64,000 bases of DNA from assembly GCF_009914755.1 (NCBI RefSeq), contig NC_060938.1, one strand, 5' to 3'. The notes beneath the pieces are model-generated. The model was not told the origin of the DNA. It did no database searches and saw nothing but the letters and a program-made list of their open reading frames with translations. The position numbers and the translations under genes are program-made. Every line of letters begins with the position of its first letter. Position 1 is the stretch's first letter. This document shows, piece after piece, positions 1-12,552 of the stretch. This DNA comes from the human T2T-CHM13v2.0 reference genome, Homo sapiens.

Positions 1-907
1 CATGCTTGAGTGTTATAATTAGATGGAGGGAGGCAGGTGTCAGGGAATAACACAAAGACCACAAGAGAAAAGTTAGAGTTGAATTTGCCTCCTTTGCAAG
101 TAGAGGAGAACCAAGTCACTCAGAAAGAGTTCGGCAGGTCTCCACAAGCTGAAAGAGGAAGGATGAAATACGAGGCCAAAGAGAGAGTTAACTCCATATG
201 AGAAAGGATTATTTGCATTAAATTCTAATTTATTAAGGAAAGTATTATAAATTATCTCTTTGAATTGATTATTACTTTGCTTTATGTCACAAAAATATAA
301 CAAAGTGTTTTAAGAGTCTCATAAATGCTGTGTTAGGCTTAAGATAGTGGAGCAGTCAGTTTTTTATGCACTTTTAAATGCTCGGCACTTGGCACATTTT
401 TCTTTTCCCCGAGGTGATGACTTGAAGAGGAGGCATAGTCAAAAGAATTGCTTTTAGAATGAAGATATTTTGAACAGGTTTCTAGTTTTAAGAGAAATTT
501 TGGTGGAGAGAGAGTGCAAGAGTGACAAATCTATGAAACAGAATTAGACCAAGAGCTTCAGAAAGAAGTAGAACTACCTCCTCCTCCGACTGAGTAGGTA
601 GGTAACCTGGAATGAAGATGAGGTTGAGGGGTAGAAACTGAAGGCAGAAAGACTTCCTTCCTGTTGACTGCTACTTTCTCTGAAACAGTGAAGATGGATC
701 ATCTGCAAGAGTGAAAGGATGGTAGACATACACCTTCTGTAATCGCCTTCTTGTTCCAAATATAATTTTAAGACAAAAGTTTTCCCCGTAGCAACTTTTA
801 CATGTCTCAGTTCAGTTTCTATTTTAACTTTTATTATAACCCTTCCTAACTTAATCTAAAATTCATAAATATAACATGAAGAATAAATTGATAAAATTGT
901 GAAAGGC

Positions 908-1635
<728 letters not shown>

Positions 1636-1647
1636 ATTTATTATAGC

Positions 1648-2214
1648 TGTTATATAAACGAGCCAAAGATTGCCTCTGTATATACGTCAGTTTGTTCATT
1701 TCTTCACTGCAGGCTGAGACCCATTAGTTCAAAAGCCCACTAGCACCAACCTTAAACTTGACATATCCAATTGTTTCAAAAATACAGATTTTTAACTGTT
1801 TAGAGTCTGCCTGCTTTGCATACCCTGTGAAACCTTACCTGACAGCTGTTACCCATTGATAAGGTAAAACATTGTGGTTACAAAACCAAACTGCTATGGC
1901 CCTTTGGAGGTCTCTGACCCAGAGACCTCTGTCAGATTGCTGAGTGACATCACTTATATAGGAAGCACCGTTTCCGATCTTGCTCTCACCCAGGGATTCC
2001 CTTGCCCTCCTCATCTCCTGGAGGATGGCTCCCCATCTGAAGCCTCTGGATGATCGTGTGCTGTGACGGATTTCCCCTCTTACGCAATTCGGTAGAAGTG
2101 CTGCTCAATAAAGTGTGTTGGGTGTTACTGCCTTTCATGGTCACATATGTTACATTGATCAGCCTCAGAATCCCTTGAATACCATCTCCCAACCCCCAGG
2201 TCTTTGTAATAACA
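1648..2214 (+). mobile_element. Solo ERV-type LTR (family not assigned)
   Basis: ~570 bp bounded by inverted termini TGTTAT...ATAACA, with AATAAA at 2107-2112 followed by a GT-rich tract, as in LTR R/U5. Confidence 0.6.
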
Positions 2215-2428
2215 TATAATAATAACAAAGTGGTGTTATTAAACCAGTTTTCTTTTTTTTAAGAATTTAAATGGGTCCCTACCCTGTGCCAAAGAAAACC
2301 TGGGCAGAATCAAGCTTCCAAGAAAAGATGCCTTGCAAAGCCTGGACCCAGGGAAGCTTAAGCTTCTAGTCAGGGTTTCGGTATTGACAACCAAGTTCAG
2401 ACAGAAACTATCCTGTGAAATCTCAGCC

Positions 2429-2738
<310 letters not shown>

Positions 2739-4829
2739 AAATCTCAGCCATAACCACAAAATCACATTGTCCTGGATTTTTATCTCAAATACCCTTTGTT
2801 TTTAATATTACCCAGGCTCTATAGCTGGTATGTAGGTAGCAGATAGTCTAAGTGTTATTTCAGGGTAGTTTTCCAGTTCTTTATCCATATAAGTCATCAG
2901 GGACCTACCACAACACCCTCCTTCCCCTCCTATGATATTTGCTCCTTTTATCAAAGTTTGTTTTGTGGATTCATCTAAGTGTTCTCCCTCATTCCCAGTA
3001 AGATTGCAGACCAGCAATCTTGTATGCTTCTCCCCTCAAGGAGTGCTCCCCTCAATTTGGAAAGGGTTCTCTTCTCAATATCTTCAACTGTGTTTCAGTA
3101 TCCAAATAGTTTGTTGATAGCATCTGCATCTTTCAAGTCTTTCCCCGCTTGCAGGGTAGAGAGCTGCTCCTTAACTCTCCACCCTGACTCCCTAAACTAT
3201 CCTTGCTGATTAGGTAAGTCTTGGTTACTAACTAGGAAATGATCATCAATTACCACCGGACTTTAAGTGTACTATATTTATATATCTATATGTATATTCC
3301 TATCTTCCAGACTCTGGTGCAAATTTGCAAATTCAGCAGACTATTTTTTATTGGACATTCTAAGCTGCTATACAGCTACTATATATTGAAGCTTTATTTA
3401 ACTTAAATAGATGAGATAGGTGGAATGAATGATTTTCATTTTACATTTGGGAACCTGAATCATCTTTGAGAAAGCAGGAGAGAAACTTGGCCACAGAGTT
3501 AGAGGGAAGGAAGCTATTTTCCTGAATTCCAATTCCATGTTCTTTGGAGATCTTCCTTGATAATCTTTGTCGCCTTTCTCCTCAACTAGAAAGTGCTTAG
3601 CGTTACTATCCCTCATGTGAGACATCCTGTGCTCTGACAATGGAAAATGAAAAATCATACTCAAAGATCTATTTTTGTTCACTTCCAAGCAAAGTATAGA
3701 TAAAGAAGATCCAAAGAGGTGCTTGAATGGAATTTTCAGTTCATGTAAGTGTCCACATTTCTCTCTCCTGACTATTTCAAAAGTGATTGCTAGTTGAATG
3801 TGCCTTTGTAGCATGTCAGTATAAACCATTTTGATAGAATTATATGTTTCCTTTTCACCTAAGATCCTCCTTTCCCCTAAACCTTTTGTTCTGTTCTTGT
3901 CTCTAATTCTGTCTCTTCATTGGAAGTGATTTACTCAGGATACAAAAGTCACTCTCTGCTTCTTTCCAAATGTCAGTCCTCAGAACTTTCTCACACACTC
4001 TTAGAACCATATCAGAAATAAAAAAGACTCTCAAATCAGGCTTTAATTACAATCACTCTTGAGGGCACATCAGCCTCTCAATAACGACTAAGTTCACAGT
4101 ATTCAAAGAACAACTCAAAGTATAGCATGTCCCAGTGCCCCACATTTTTCAGGCACTAAACGGTCTCATCATTTTTTTAGTTTCTGTTTTTTTAAGCAAG
4201 AAATATGCTTCAAAGAATAAATTTACAGACTTCAGTTTTTACACTTGGTTCACTGTTATGTATAATTAACACATTCCTGTTCTCCTCTCCACTTAATTTA
4301 GAACAACATTAAATTTCCATGCAGCTCATCAAAAGCATATGTGGATTATTGGAATGTAGTTAGGAAACTCAATCAGTAGGAATTTCATCCAAAAACACCT
4401 GGAACCCAGCTTACCGGATACAAGTCTATGAAAACTTGTGAAGGAGACAGTTTAGCATGTTTCCCTCTGGTTTGGTGTGTTGGCTCTTCTCTAAGTATCT
4501 TCCTTGCCACCTCATCACCATCCTTGGCTCAGAAGGCCTCCTGGAGATGAGAAGCTTCTCTTACAGGAAGCATGTCTCCCAACACTCACACTGTAAAGTA
4601 CCACTTTACCAACTAGGTGACTTGGTAAAGCTTGTATGGTATTATATAGCTGTTCTTGCAGTGGCTTCCTGAACATAATGCCTCTCCCTTGCCTTACAGG
4701 CCCATTAATAATTCTCCTGGGAGGAATTTTTGTTTAGGAGACAAGAATATCTTTTTCCTAGATGATCATTAAATATTCCTCAGTATAAAAAAAGCCATGT
4801 GTTGATAATAATAACAATCATAATATTAA

Positions 4830-4972
4830 TGAATAATAACAATAACAGACATTCATAGGGGACTTATTTTGTTCCAAAACAGTGTCCTAAGTGCTTTCCA
4901 CATTATTTTAACTTATATCATCATCATAAAACATCTTACTGGTTGAGACTGTTATTATCATCATTCTACAGA
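4830..4972 (-). mobile_element. MIR fragment
   Basis: MIR antisense motifs (ataacagacattcata...ctaagtgcttt...ctgttattatcatcattctacaga). Confidence 0.55.
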
Positions 4973-5344
4973 CAACCTTTTGAAGAGGAGCAGAGATTGC
5001 CTTACCACTGACTAAGGAGTGTCTTCCTCCTACTTAGGGTTCGGTAATGACGTGAAAAGCATTTTTAAAAAGAGAGTAAATGGAGCATATTTGGGGTATG
5101 CATTTTACTATTGCTGGTGCCGATATGTGCTACAGCAAAACCTCTGCCAAGAGAGGATAAAAGGAGTCAGCTCATAGTGGGTGGATACTAGAACTAGACA
5201 GAGGTTCGGATTGACATTGTTTAGGGGGATGGGGAGATCTAACAGGAAAAGGAGATGACTCAGAAAGAACTTCCCCAACAGTTTAGGATGCCCCCTAATG
5301 ATGGGAACATTCTAAGATATCCGCTAGAGAAAAAGTCCAGGAAG

Positions 5345-5890
5345 GTATGGCATAGATTTCTCATTGCTGCTTCAACATTCATTTACCCTTTCTTTATTAG
5401 TAAGAGAGCTCCAATTTTATTTAGGGTGGCAATGTGCCTAGCTAAAATAATGCATTTCCCAGCTTATCTTGAGATTAAAGTGGCCACTTCACTGAGCTAT
5501 GACCAGTGAGAAGTAAACAAAAGCTATTAGAAGGAGAAGACAGACAGCTGGCATGTGTCACTTTGCCCCTTCCTTTTCCACACCCTACCTCCTAGAATGC
5601 AGATATGATAGATGAGGCTCCAAACACCATTTTGGACTATTGTGGTGATCCTGCAGATGGAAGCCAAATAATAAGAATGGAAGAGCAGATGGAAGTCAAA
5701 TAAGAATGGAAGAGCAGAAATAGAGATGGAGGATGAGTCCCTGATGATCATGGGGTCACCATATCTTCCCCAGACTGCACATCTCCAAACTTATTTTATG
5801 TGGAATAAAATATATCTTCATAAGTTTAAGCCATTGATATATCTGACATGTTGTTATATGCAGCTGAACATGATTCTTACCGGATCCACA
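5345..5890 (+). mobile_element. MaLR solo LTR (MLT1I/J-like)
   Basis: MLT1 motifs (atttcccagcttatcttg...gtggccac, ccattttggac, gagtccctgatga, gtttaagccattg, atgcagctgaa). Confidence 0.7.
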
Positions 5891-7674
5891 AAGTTAGCTG
5901 AAGGTTTTATGGGCAGCAGAACCTTCCCTTTACAAGGAAAGAAAACTCAAAAGACCCCTCTACCAACAGACAGCAAAGGTCCTGTGGAGAGAGGCCAAAT
6001 GAAGAGATCCAAGCTAGGAATTTCCCAAGCCCTTGAACAAGACAATCAACCTCCTTGCTTCTCAGTCCTCCCACTGACAAAATAAGAAAGCTAAATGTGA
6101 TTATTAAGTCTCCACTCCAGGTAGAAAATTCTGCAATTTTACAATTATGAGCGAATAAGACACACCAGTGTTGCTAAAAACCTGCTGAAAGGCTATTAGA
6201 GTAAAGGTGCTATTTTCTCCTGTAGGGAGAGGTAACTTAATCAGATTTGACTGAAACCCAGTCCGAGGCTGTCTGGCCACTTGGCACAGGGTTGCTACTA
6301 CTTTCGGATCAGCTTGTGATTGCCATAATCAGGGACTATTTGATTGGAACAAACAAGTTCATTTCAACAGACTTAAGCATTCCTTATCCTAGTAACACAG
6401 GGATATCTTACTGAAGCAGAGAACACCAGGGCAGGAAGTCCAAACAGGAAAACTGAGAACTGGAAAACCAAAAAGTCTCTCTCCCTGTCTGTGATCAAAG
6501 TGGTACAATCACCTTGGCCTCCTCCTCCTATTTCTCACTACTGTTAAGCTCCTTTGCTGCAGGTCTTATATGGTAGAAATATGAAAATGGCTTTCCCAGC
6601 TCTACATAATCTCTCTTTCAAGCTAGTACATGTGTTTCACTGGTTTACACTCCACGTCACTCAAATTTCTAATGGAATCTGATTGGTTCAGCTTTAATTA
6701 GCAATGACCCTGGGACAGTGTAAAGCCACAGCGTACAGGCAGGATAGGCAGGGCTTTGGGGCTGGCTCTCTAGGGAGGAGTATGACTGGGAAGGGAGAAT
6801 TTGTATCTTCAGAGTAACAGTAAGGAAGTTTTTTCAGTGTTCCTCTTTAGGACAGGATGCATGTCTTTCCAATCTAAGAGCTCCATCCACAGGACTCTGC
6901 TGAGGTGGGGCAGGATGAGCGTAGATGGATTATACCAAGATATATCAAGTCGTGCCTCCTAACCTGCCTGGAGTGATACAAATGTATCACTGTTTTGAGT
7001 TTATAACATTTACTACAGAAGAGTTCTATGACACCTGTGTACGGGCATTTGGAATGATTACAGGCACTTGGAATGATTACAAATTGAAATAAAATTATTA
7101 TGAAATTTTTGTTGAGACTCTAATAACATAGCATTCCTTCAGATAATTAAAGTGTTGGAAACAGGATAGAAAAACTGCTAATTTAGCCTTCCTTTTATCT
7201 GTTTCACTAGCTCTTGTTATAACCTTCTCTACTTTATGCAGAACTTGTCTGTGTAATTCAGAACTTGTTAATTACCACCTTGACCAGTTCTGAACTCTGT
7301 TATTTGTGGATCATCTTGATAATTAACTGGATGTTTCTATATTTTAATTGGATAGAATTCATCACTTTATACTATATTTACAATTGTTATGGTATGAAAG
7401 CCACCTCACTAATAGATGTTTTGCTTTTTTAAAACTATAATAATATATGGAAACTTTTAGTATTTTTATTTATTTTAGAATTTGGCTCAAAATAATAGTT
7501 TCCATGACATCTTCTATCTCACATTAATAATTATTTTACCCTCAAGAGCATAAGAGATTTAGTTTGTTGTCAAAATTTTGTTTTCTCAAAATTCAATTTC
7601 TCTTAGTCTTTAGTCTCTTAAGCATAAAAAGATGAAATATAATACATAGAGGTCACACTAAAAAATAAAATCCA

Positions 7675-7850
7675 GATTTAAGCTTCTTATGGTGGCTTAG
7701 ACAGGTCACTTAATCCTCTGAACTTCAATTTTCATTATGTAAGGTGGTCAAAATAGTATCTGAATCTACTCCATGTAATTTTTAAGTTTACTAAATGAAA
7801 TATGGTTATGAAAGTAATTTTAAAAATGTAAGAATGTGCAACATTATTAG
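7675..7850 (+). mobile_element. MIR fragment
   Basis: MIR core: ttagacaggtcacttaatcctctgaacttcaattttcatt...aaatgaaatatgg. Confidence 0.55.
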
Positions 7851-8629
7851 ATACTATCAACAGGAAGCTTACCTATTCTTCTATGTCTTATAAGATGATA
7901 AATTGCTGTTGTCAGAATAAAAGTAGATGAAGCATAAATGAATCAGGTAACCTAGGCTTATATTGGTGAACAACACAAGAGTATAGACACCTCTCTATGA
8001 TAAATATGAGTGAAACATCATGATTAGGGGTAAATTGGTTTACTATTTCATCAAGACAGCATGCCCATACAATATAACAGAACAGCTTTTAGGGGAGACA
8101 CTCTATATAAAATGATGCTTGCTAATCACTCATCATTTTTTTATTATGTAAACTGCCAGACAACTGATTTGACAAAAATCTTATGAATTAGTTTAAATGC
8201 ATTCCTGACGTGTAATCAATATCTCCAGCAGACTTCAAGAATGCATTGCAGTGTGTTACATCCTTATTAGACATATCAAAATGAGACTTACCTGAAGCTA
8301 ATATCATTAAATCACTCAAGAACTTAATTTTAGTTCAGTAATCGACTTCCATAAAATTGTCACTGGAAATGCTGAAGGGACAGCCCAATAGAGTATAAAA
8401 TTGTAGGTTTGCTTTCTTCATCTTTCTTAAAATGCACTAAAGCAAATCTAGTTAGAAACATGAAAAATACCATGAGTATTACATACCTTCCCTAATAAAT
8501 TTCATATTCTGAAATCAGAAAGTGTTGAGAGATGGTTAAGATGAGAAATTATGTAATATTTGACCCACTTTTCTTGAAATCCTTCAGTTTGTAGCTTGTT
8601 GGTATTTGCCCCTGGCTCCCTATGATGAT

Positions 8630-9350
8630 GTTTTTTGTTTGTTTCAGCTCTCATACTACTAAAGTGTCATAATTTTCCAACACTTTAACACTTTGGTAGT
8701 CCATTTACTGCCATATTCTTTGCATTTTTGCATAGGATTTTTTGTCGATAATTTTGCTATTTAAAATGGCCCCAAACTGTAGTGTTGGAAGTGCTATCTA
8801 GTGTTCTGAAACACAAGAAAGCTGTCATGGCCTTATGGAAAATATATATTAGCTAAGCTTTGTTCAGGCATGAGTTATAGACCTATTCTCCATAAGTTCA
8901 ATGTTAATGAATCAACAACATGTTAAATAAGGTGTCTTTATATCACAACACACATAAAACAAGGTTACACGGTTTTGTTTGGGGGGTTTTATGGCTTTAA
9001 ATAGTGGAAGGGAGAAATGGGGAGAAGTTGGTCAAAGTGTACAAAATTTCAGTTATGCAAAAATGAATTAAGCTCTAGAGATCTAATGTATAGCATGATG
9101 ATCATAGTTAACAATACTATAATGCATACTTGAAACTTGCTAAGAGGTAGATCTTAAGTTTTCTCACCTAAAGAATAAAAGAAAGAAAATGGTAACAGGG
9201 TTATATATTGATTGATTAATAAAAATTTTGTGACCAGAGGGCTCGCAGGAACCTAGCTTCATATTTCCTCTAAGACCAATTATCCAGTATTTGCTAAATC
9301 AGTGTTCAAAGAAACATTATAGAACATAAGTATCACAAATAACAATTATG
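8630..9350. mobile_element. TcMar-Tigger DNA transposon (MER82-like), interrupted by an L1 fragment
   Basis: Matches recalled MER82-type sequence (tttaaaatggcccc, ttcaggcatgagttatag, gttcaatgttaatgaatcaacaa, tgtgaccagaggctcgcaggaacct); split at ~8968-9196. Confidence 0.7.
8985..9196 (+). mobile_element. L1MA9/L1MB-like 3'UTR fragment nested in the Tigger element
   Basis: ggaaatggggagaagttggtcaaagtgtacaaaatttcagttatg...ctagagatctaatgtatagcatg...gtagatcttaag are L1MA/MB 3'UTR hallmarks. Confidence 0.7.
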
Positions 9351-9446
9351 TCTAGAGAATATATATATACATACACAAATATATGTATACAGAAAATATA
9401 TATACACATATGTATGTATACAGTTTTAAATGTTACTATTTGGTTA

Positions 9447-9760
<314 letters not shown>

Positions 9761-9839
9761 TCAATAATGTTATGATCATCCTAACAAATTTCTGTCTTAA
9801 ATATCACATCCATGAAAATGTCAAAGTTTGAGAACTCAC

Positions 9840-10725
9840 CTTTATTCATTCAAAAATTATATGTTGATTATCTTTTATTCTCTACTAGGTTTTGCTGTGG
9901 GAATAATAGTGAAGAAGATGGTAACAGTACCTATTTTTTTTTGGAACACATATTTTATGGGAAGACACAGTACCCATCCCCCAAAAAAAGACAAATAAAT
10001 ATATGCATAAAATGACTTTACATGGAATTTTGTTACAAAAAGACCAAAGAAGACACTAAGATGAAGAATGAGAATGGGGGAACATAATCTAGGTAGTTTT
10101 GTCAAGATTAGATCTCTATAGGGAGGTGACATTTAAGATTGACACCCAAAAGGATAGAAGGAATTAGTCACATGACATGTAGGGAGAACATTCCATTTAG
10201 AGGGGGAGCTTAGGCCGCGACCATGAGGTGGCAATGTGCTTGGCTCATTTAAAGGACTGAAAAATGAGCAGTGTGACTACAAGATGGTGGGTTAGGAACA
10301 AAGTAGAAGTGGAGACATAAATCGGGGCCAAAGGATGCAGAAATTATACTCTGCTCTAGTGTATGGATTTTATTTCATTGCTATGAGAAGCCACAGAAGG
10401 ATTTTAAGCAAAGCGTTGACATGATTCCATTTGAATTTTAAGGTCACTTTTGCTCCTTGTGGAGAGTGGATTGAAGAGGAGCATTGAACTGACGAGACCC
10501 AGTGAAAATTCTGTTCCAATAATGTGGATGTATGATCATGATGATTTAATAAACGTGAAGCAAAGAGGTCAAAGCCAAGAAATCACTGGAGTTAAAACCA
10601 CCAGGGATGCTACCAAATTGGATGTAGGGTGAGGAAAAGTAAGTTTTCAAGGGTGGCCCTATATTTCTGCCTTGAGTAACTGAATAAATAGTGGTATCAT
10701 TTACTGAGATAGGGAAATCTTGGCA
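9840..10725 (-). mobile_element. L2 LINE 3' fragment
   Basis: Starts ttattcattcaaaaatt (antisense L2 3' end); gagaagccacagaaggattttaagca and gtggtatcatttactgagatagggaa motifs. Confidence 0.7.
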
Positions 10726-10727
10726 GG

Positions 10728-10862
10728 TACCTCTGTAAGTTTCAGTTTTCTCACCTATAAAATGGAAAGAATAAAGTCCATTTCACAGGGTTGTTCTGAG
10801 GATTAAGTAAGGTGTTCCATGTAAAACACTTATAGTGTTTAACACATTAGCTATTACTATTA
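10728..10862 (+). mobile_element. MIR fragment
   Basis: acctctgtaagtttcagttttctcacctataaaatgga...gggttgttctgaggattaag. Confidence 0.65.
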
Positions 10863-11947
10863 GATATGGTGTAGAAAAGATGCTGCCATGTTTTCATAAG
10901 CAATATTTCTCAAGTAGTTAAACATCCACCTCGATCTGTTATTATAGGGAATGATGGTGAGCTTAAGGTGACTATAATGCTATTTGGCCAAGGGATATTG
11001 AAATCTTGACTTGGTTGCATAATACTGCCTTCCTATGAAGTCAACAAATTAAAATAACAAAAATAATACCTTGTTTACATCTGGAATTTTGGCCCCAAAG
11101 CCCAATATAATGTAAACTTGACCATGATTATAGACTTTTTACTTTCCCAAGTAAGCCTAGACTATTATACCTTCTAACTAAAGCAGACTCTCATTGATAT
11201 AACCTGTGACACCTCCCCTTGAATGAAGTTTGTATCAAAGTTTGGGTTATGTGATTAGTAGCCACAATGAATCTCTTTGAAAACTCCACCTGCTGTAGTG
11301 AAGCACAATTAGGGCCTTGGACTCCTCTTAGGGATATCAAAGGGGCTGGAGCAAGGTGGTACAGAAAGGAAGATTCCTTCAGTTCCCCTGAGAGGACAAG
11401 AGGTACACTTTAAGTTGACTTAGAAAATGCTTCTTCTCGTAGTTCAAGCTAAAATGGGCTTATCTTATTCCCTGATCAAATGAACATACATCCTAAAATT
11501 ATTAGGGAGAGATATGACATACCATTTAAGTTGGCTGCAGTAAAAACCAGTTCCCTTAGAGAACATAAGTAAGTTGAGGGCATTGTGAGTTTGGCAACTT
11601 TAAGAAACCCCTAGCAATGGCTCAATAAGCCTGGAGGCTACTACAGTTGTGCTCATTCTTCCAACAAGCATTTATTGAGCACTTGTTTATTAGGTTCTTC
11701 CCATGATAATCATTACTTTGAGTCTTCATAATTTTCATCATAAAGATAAAACTAGACAATATTACTCCTTCCTGGTAAGGGTGGGTGTGTCTTTTTTTTT
11801 TTAAATCAAGCAAGTTTGTTTTAATAAAATACAGCTAAATCTATGAAATTTTGAGAAAAGTGTAACAGAAGAGATAGTCCTTTTTCCCCCCTCTCTAAAA
11901 AACGTTTTTGTTTGTCTAATCAAGTCAGCATAAAATTATTTGCCACT

Positions 11948-12250
11948 GGCCGGGCGCGGTGGCTCACGCCTGTAATCCCAGCACTTTGGGAGGCCGAGGC
12001 GGGTGGATCATGAGGTCAGGAGATCGAGACCATCCTGGCTAACAAGGTGAAACCCCGTCTCTACTAAAAATACAAAAAATTAGCCGGGCGCGGTGGCGGG
12101 CGCCTGTAGTCCCAGCTACTCGGGAGGCTGAGGCAGGGAGAATGGCGTGAACCCGGGAAGCGGAGCTTGCAGTGAGCCGAGACTGCGCCACTGCAGTCCG
12201 CAGTCCGGCCTGGGCGACAGAGCGAGACTCCATCTCAAAAAAAAAAAAAA
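11948..12250 (+). mobile_element. AluYb8 (human-specific)
   Basis: Diagnostic ctgcagtccgcagtccggcc, gatcatgagg, taacaaggtg, gggaagcgg; TSD aaaattattt(g/t)ccact (11932-11947 / 12251-12266). Confidence 0.97.
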
Positions 12251-12480
12251 AAAATTATTTTCCACTGAGGCTAAAGCTTTTGAATGAATAAATTTTTTGC
12301 TGCCTGCATCTGGTTAACATGTCACTTCCTGATAAGGAAGCCACTTTTTTACTGCAGTTGCACACTATTTTATTGTTTATTCATTAGATATTTTTGAAAT
12401 TATTCCTGTTTTAAGACAGATTTCATAATAAAAATAATATATTTGTAAAAGCCTCTTGTCATATTAAGGCACCACCTCAA

Positions 12481-12552
12481 ATACACACAGGCACACTTAC
12501 ATACATACACACACACACATGCATGCACACACATATGTACATACACATATAT
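12481..12552. repeat. Degenerate (CA)/(TA) microsatellite
   Basis: acatacatacacacacacacacatgcatgcacacacatatgtacatacacatat. Confidence 0.8.

Noticed and set aside
3398-3829. 143-aa minus-strand ORF
   Set aside because: No recognisable homology; the 3' part overlaps a probable MIR-like remnant; no exon signals.
8286-8450. Minus-strand exon candidate (perfect CAG|GTAAGT donor at ~8291)
   Set aside because: Stops in all frames tested and no supporting neighbouring exons; such donors occur by chance.
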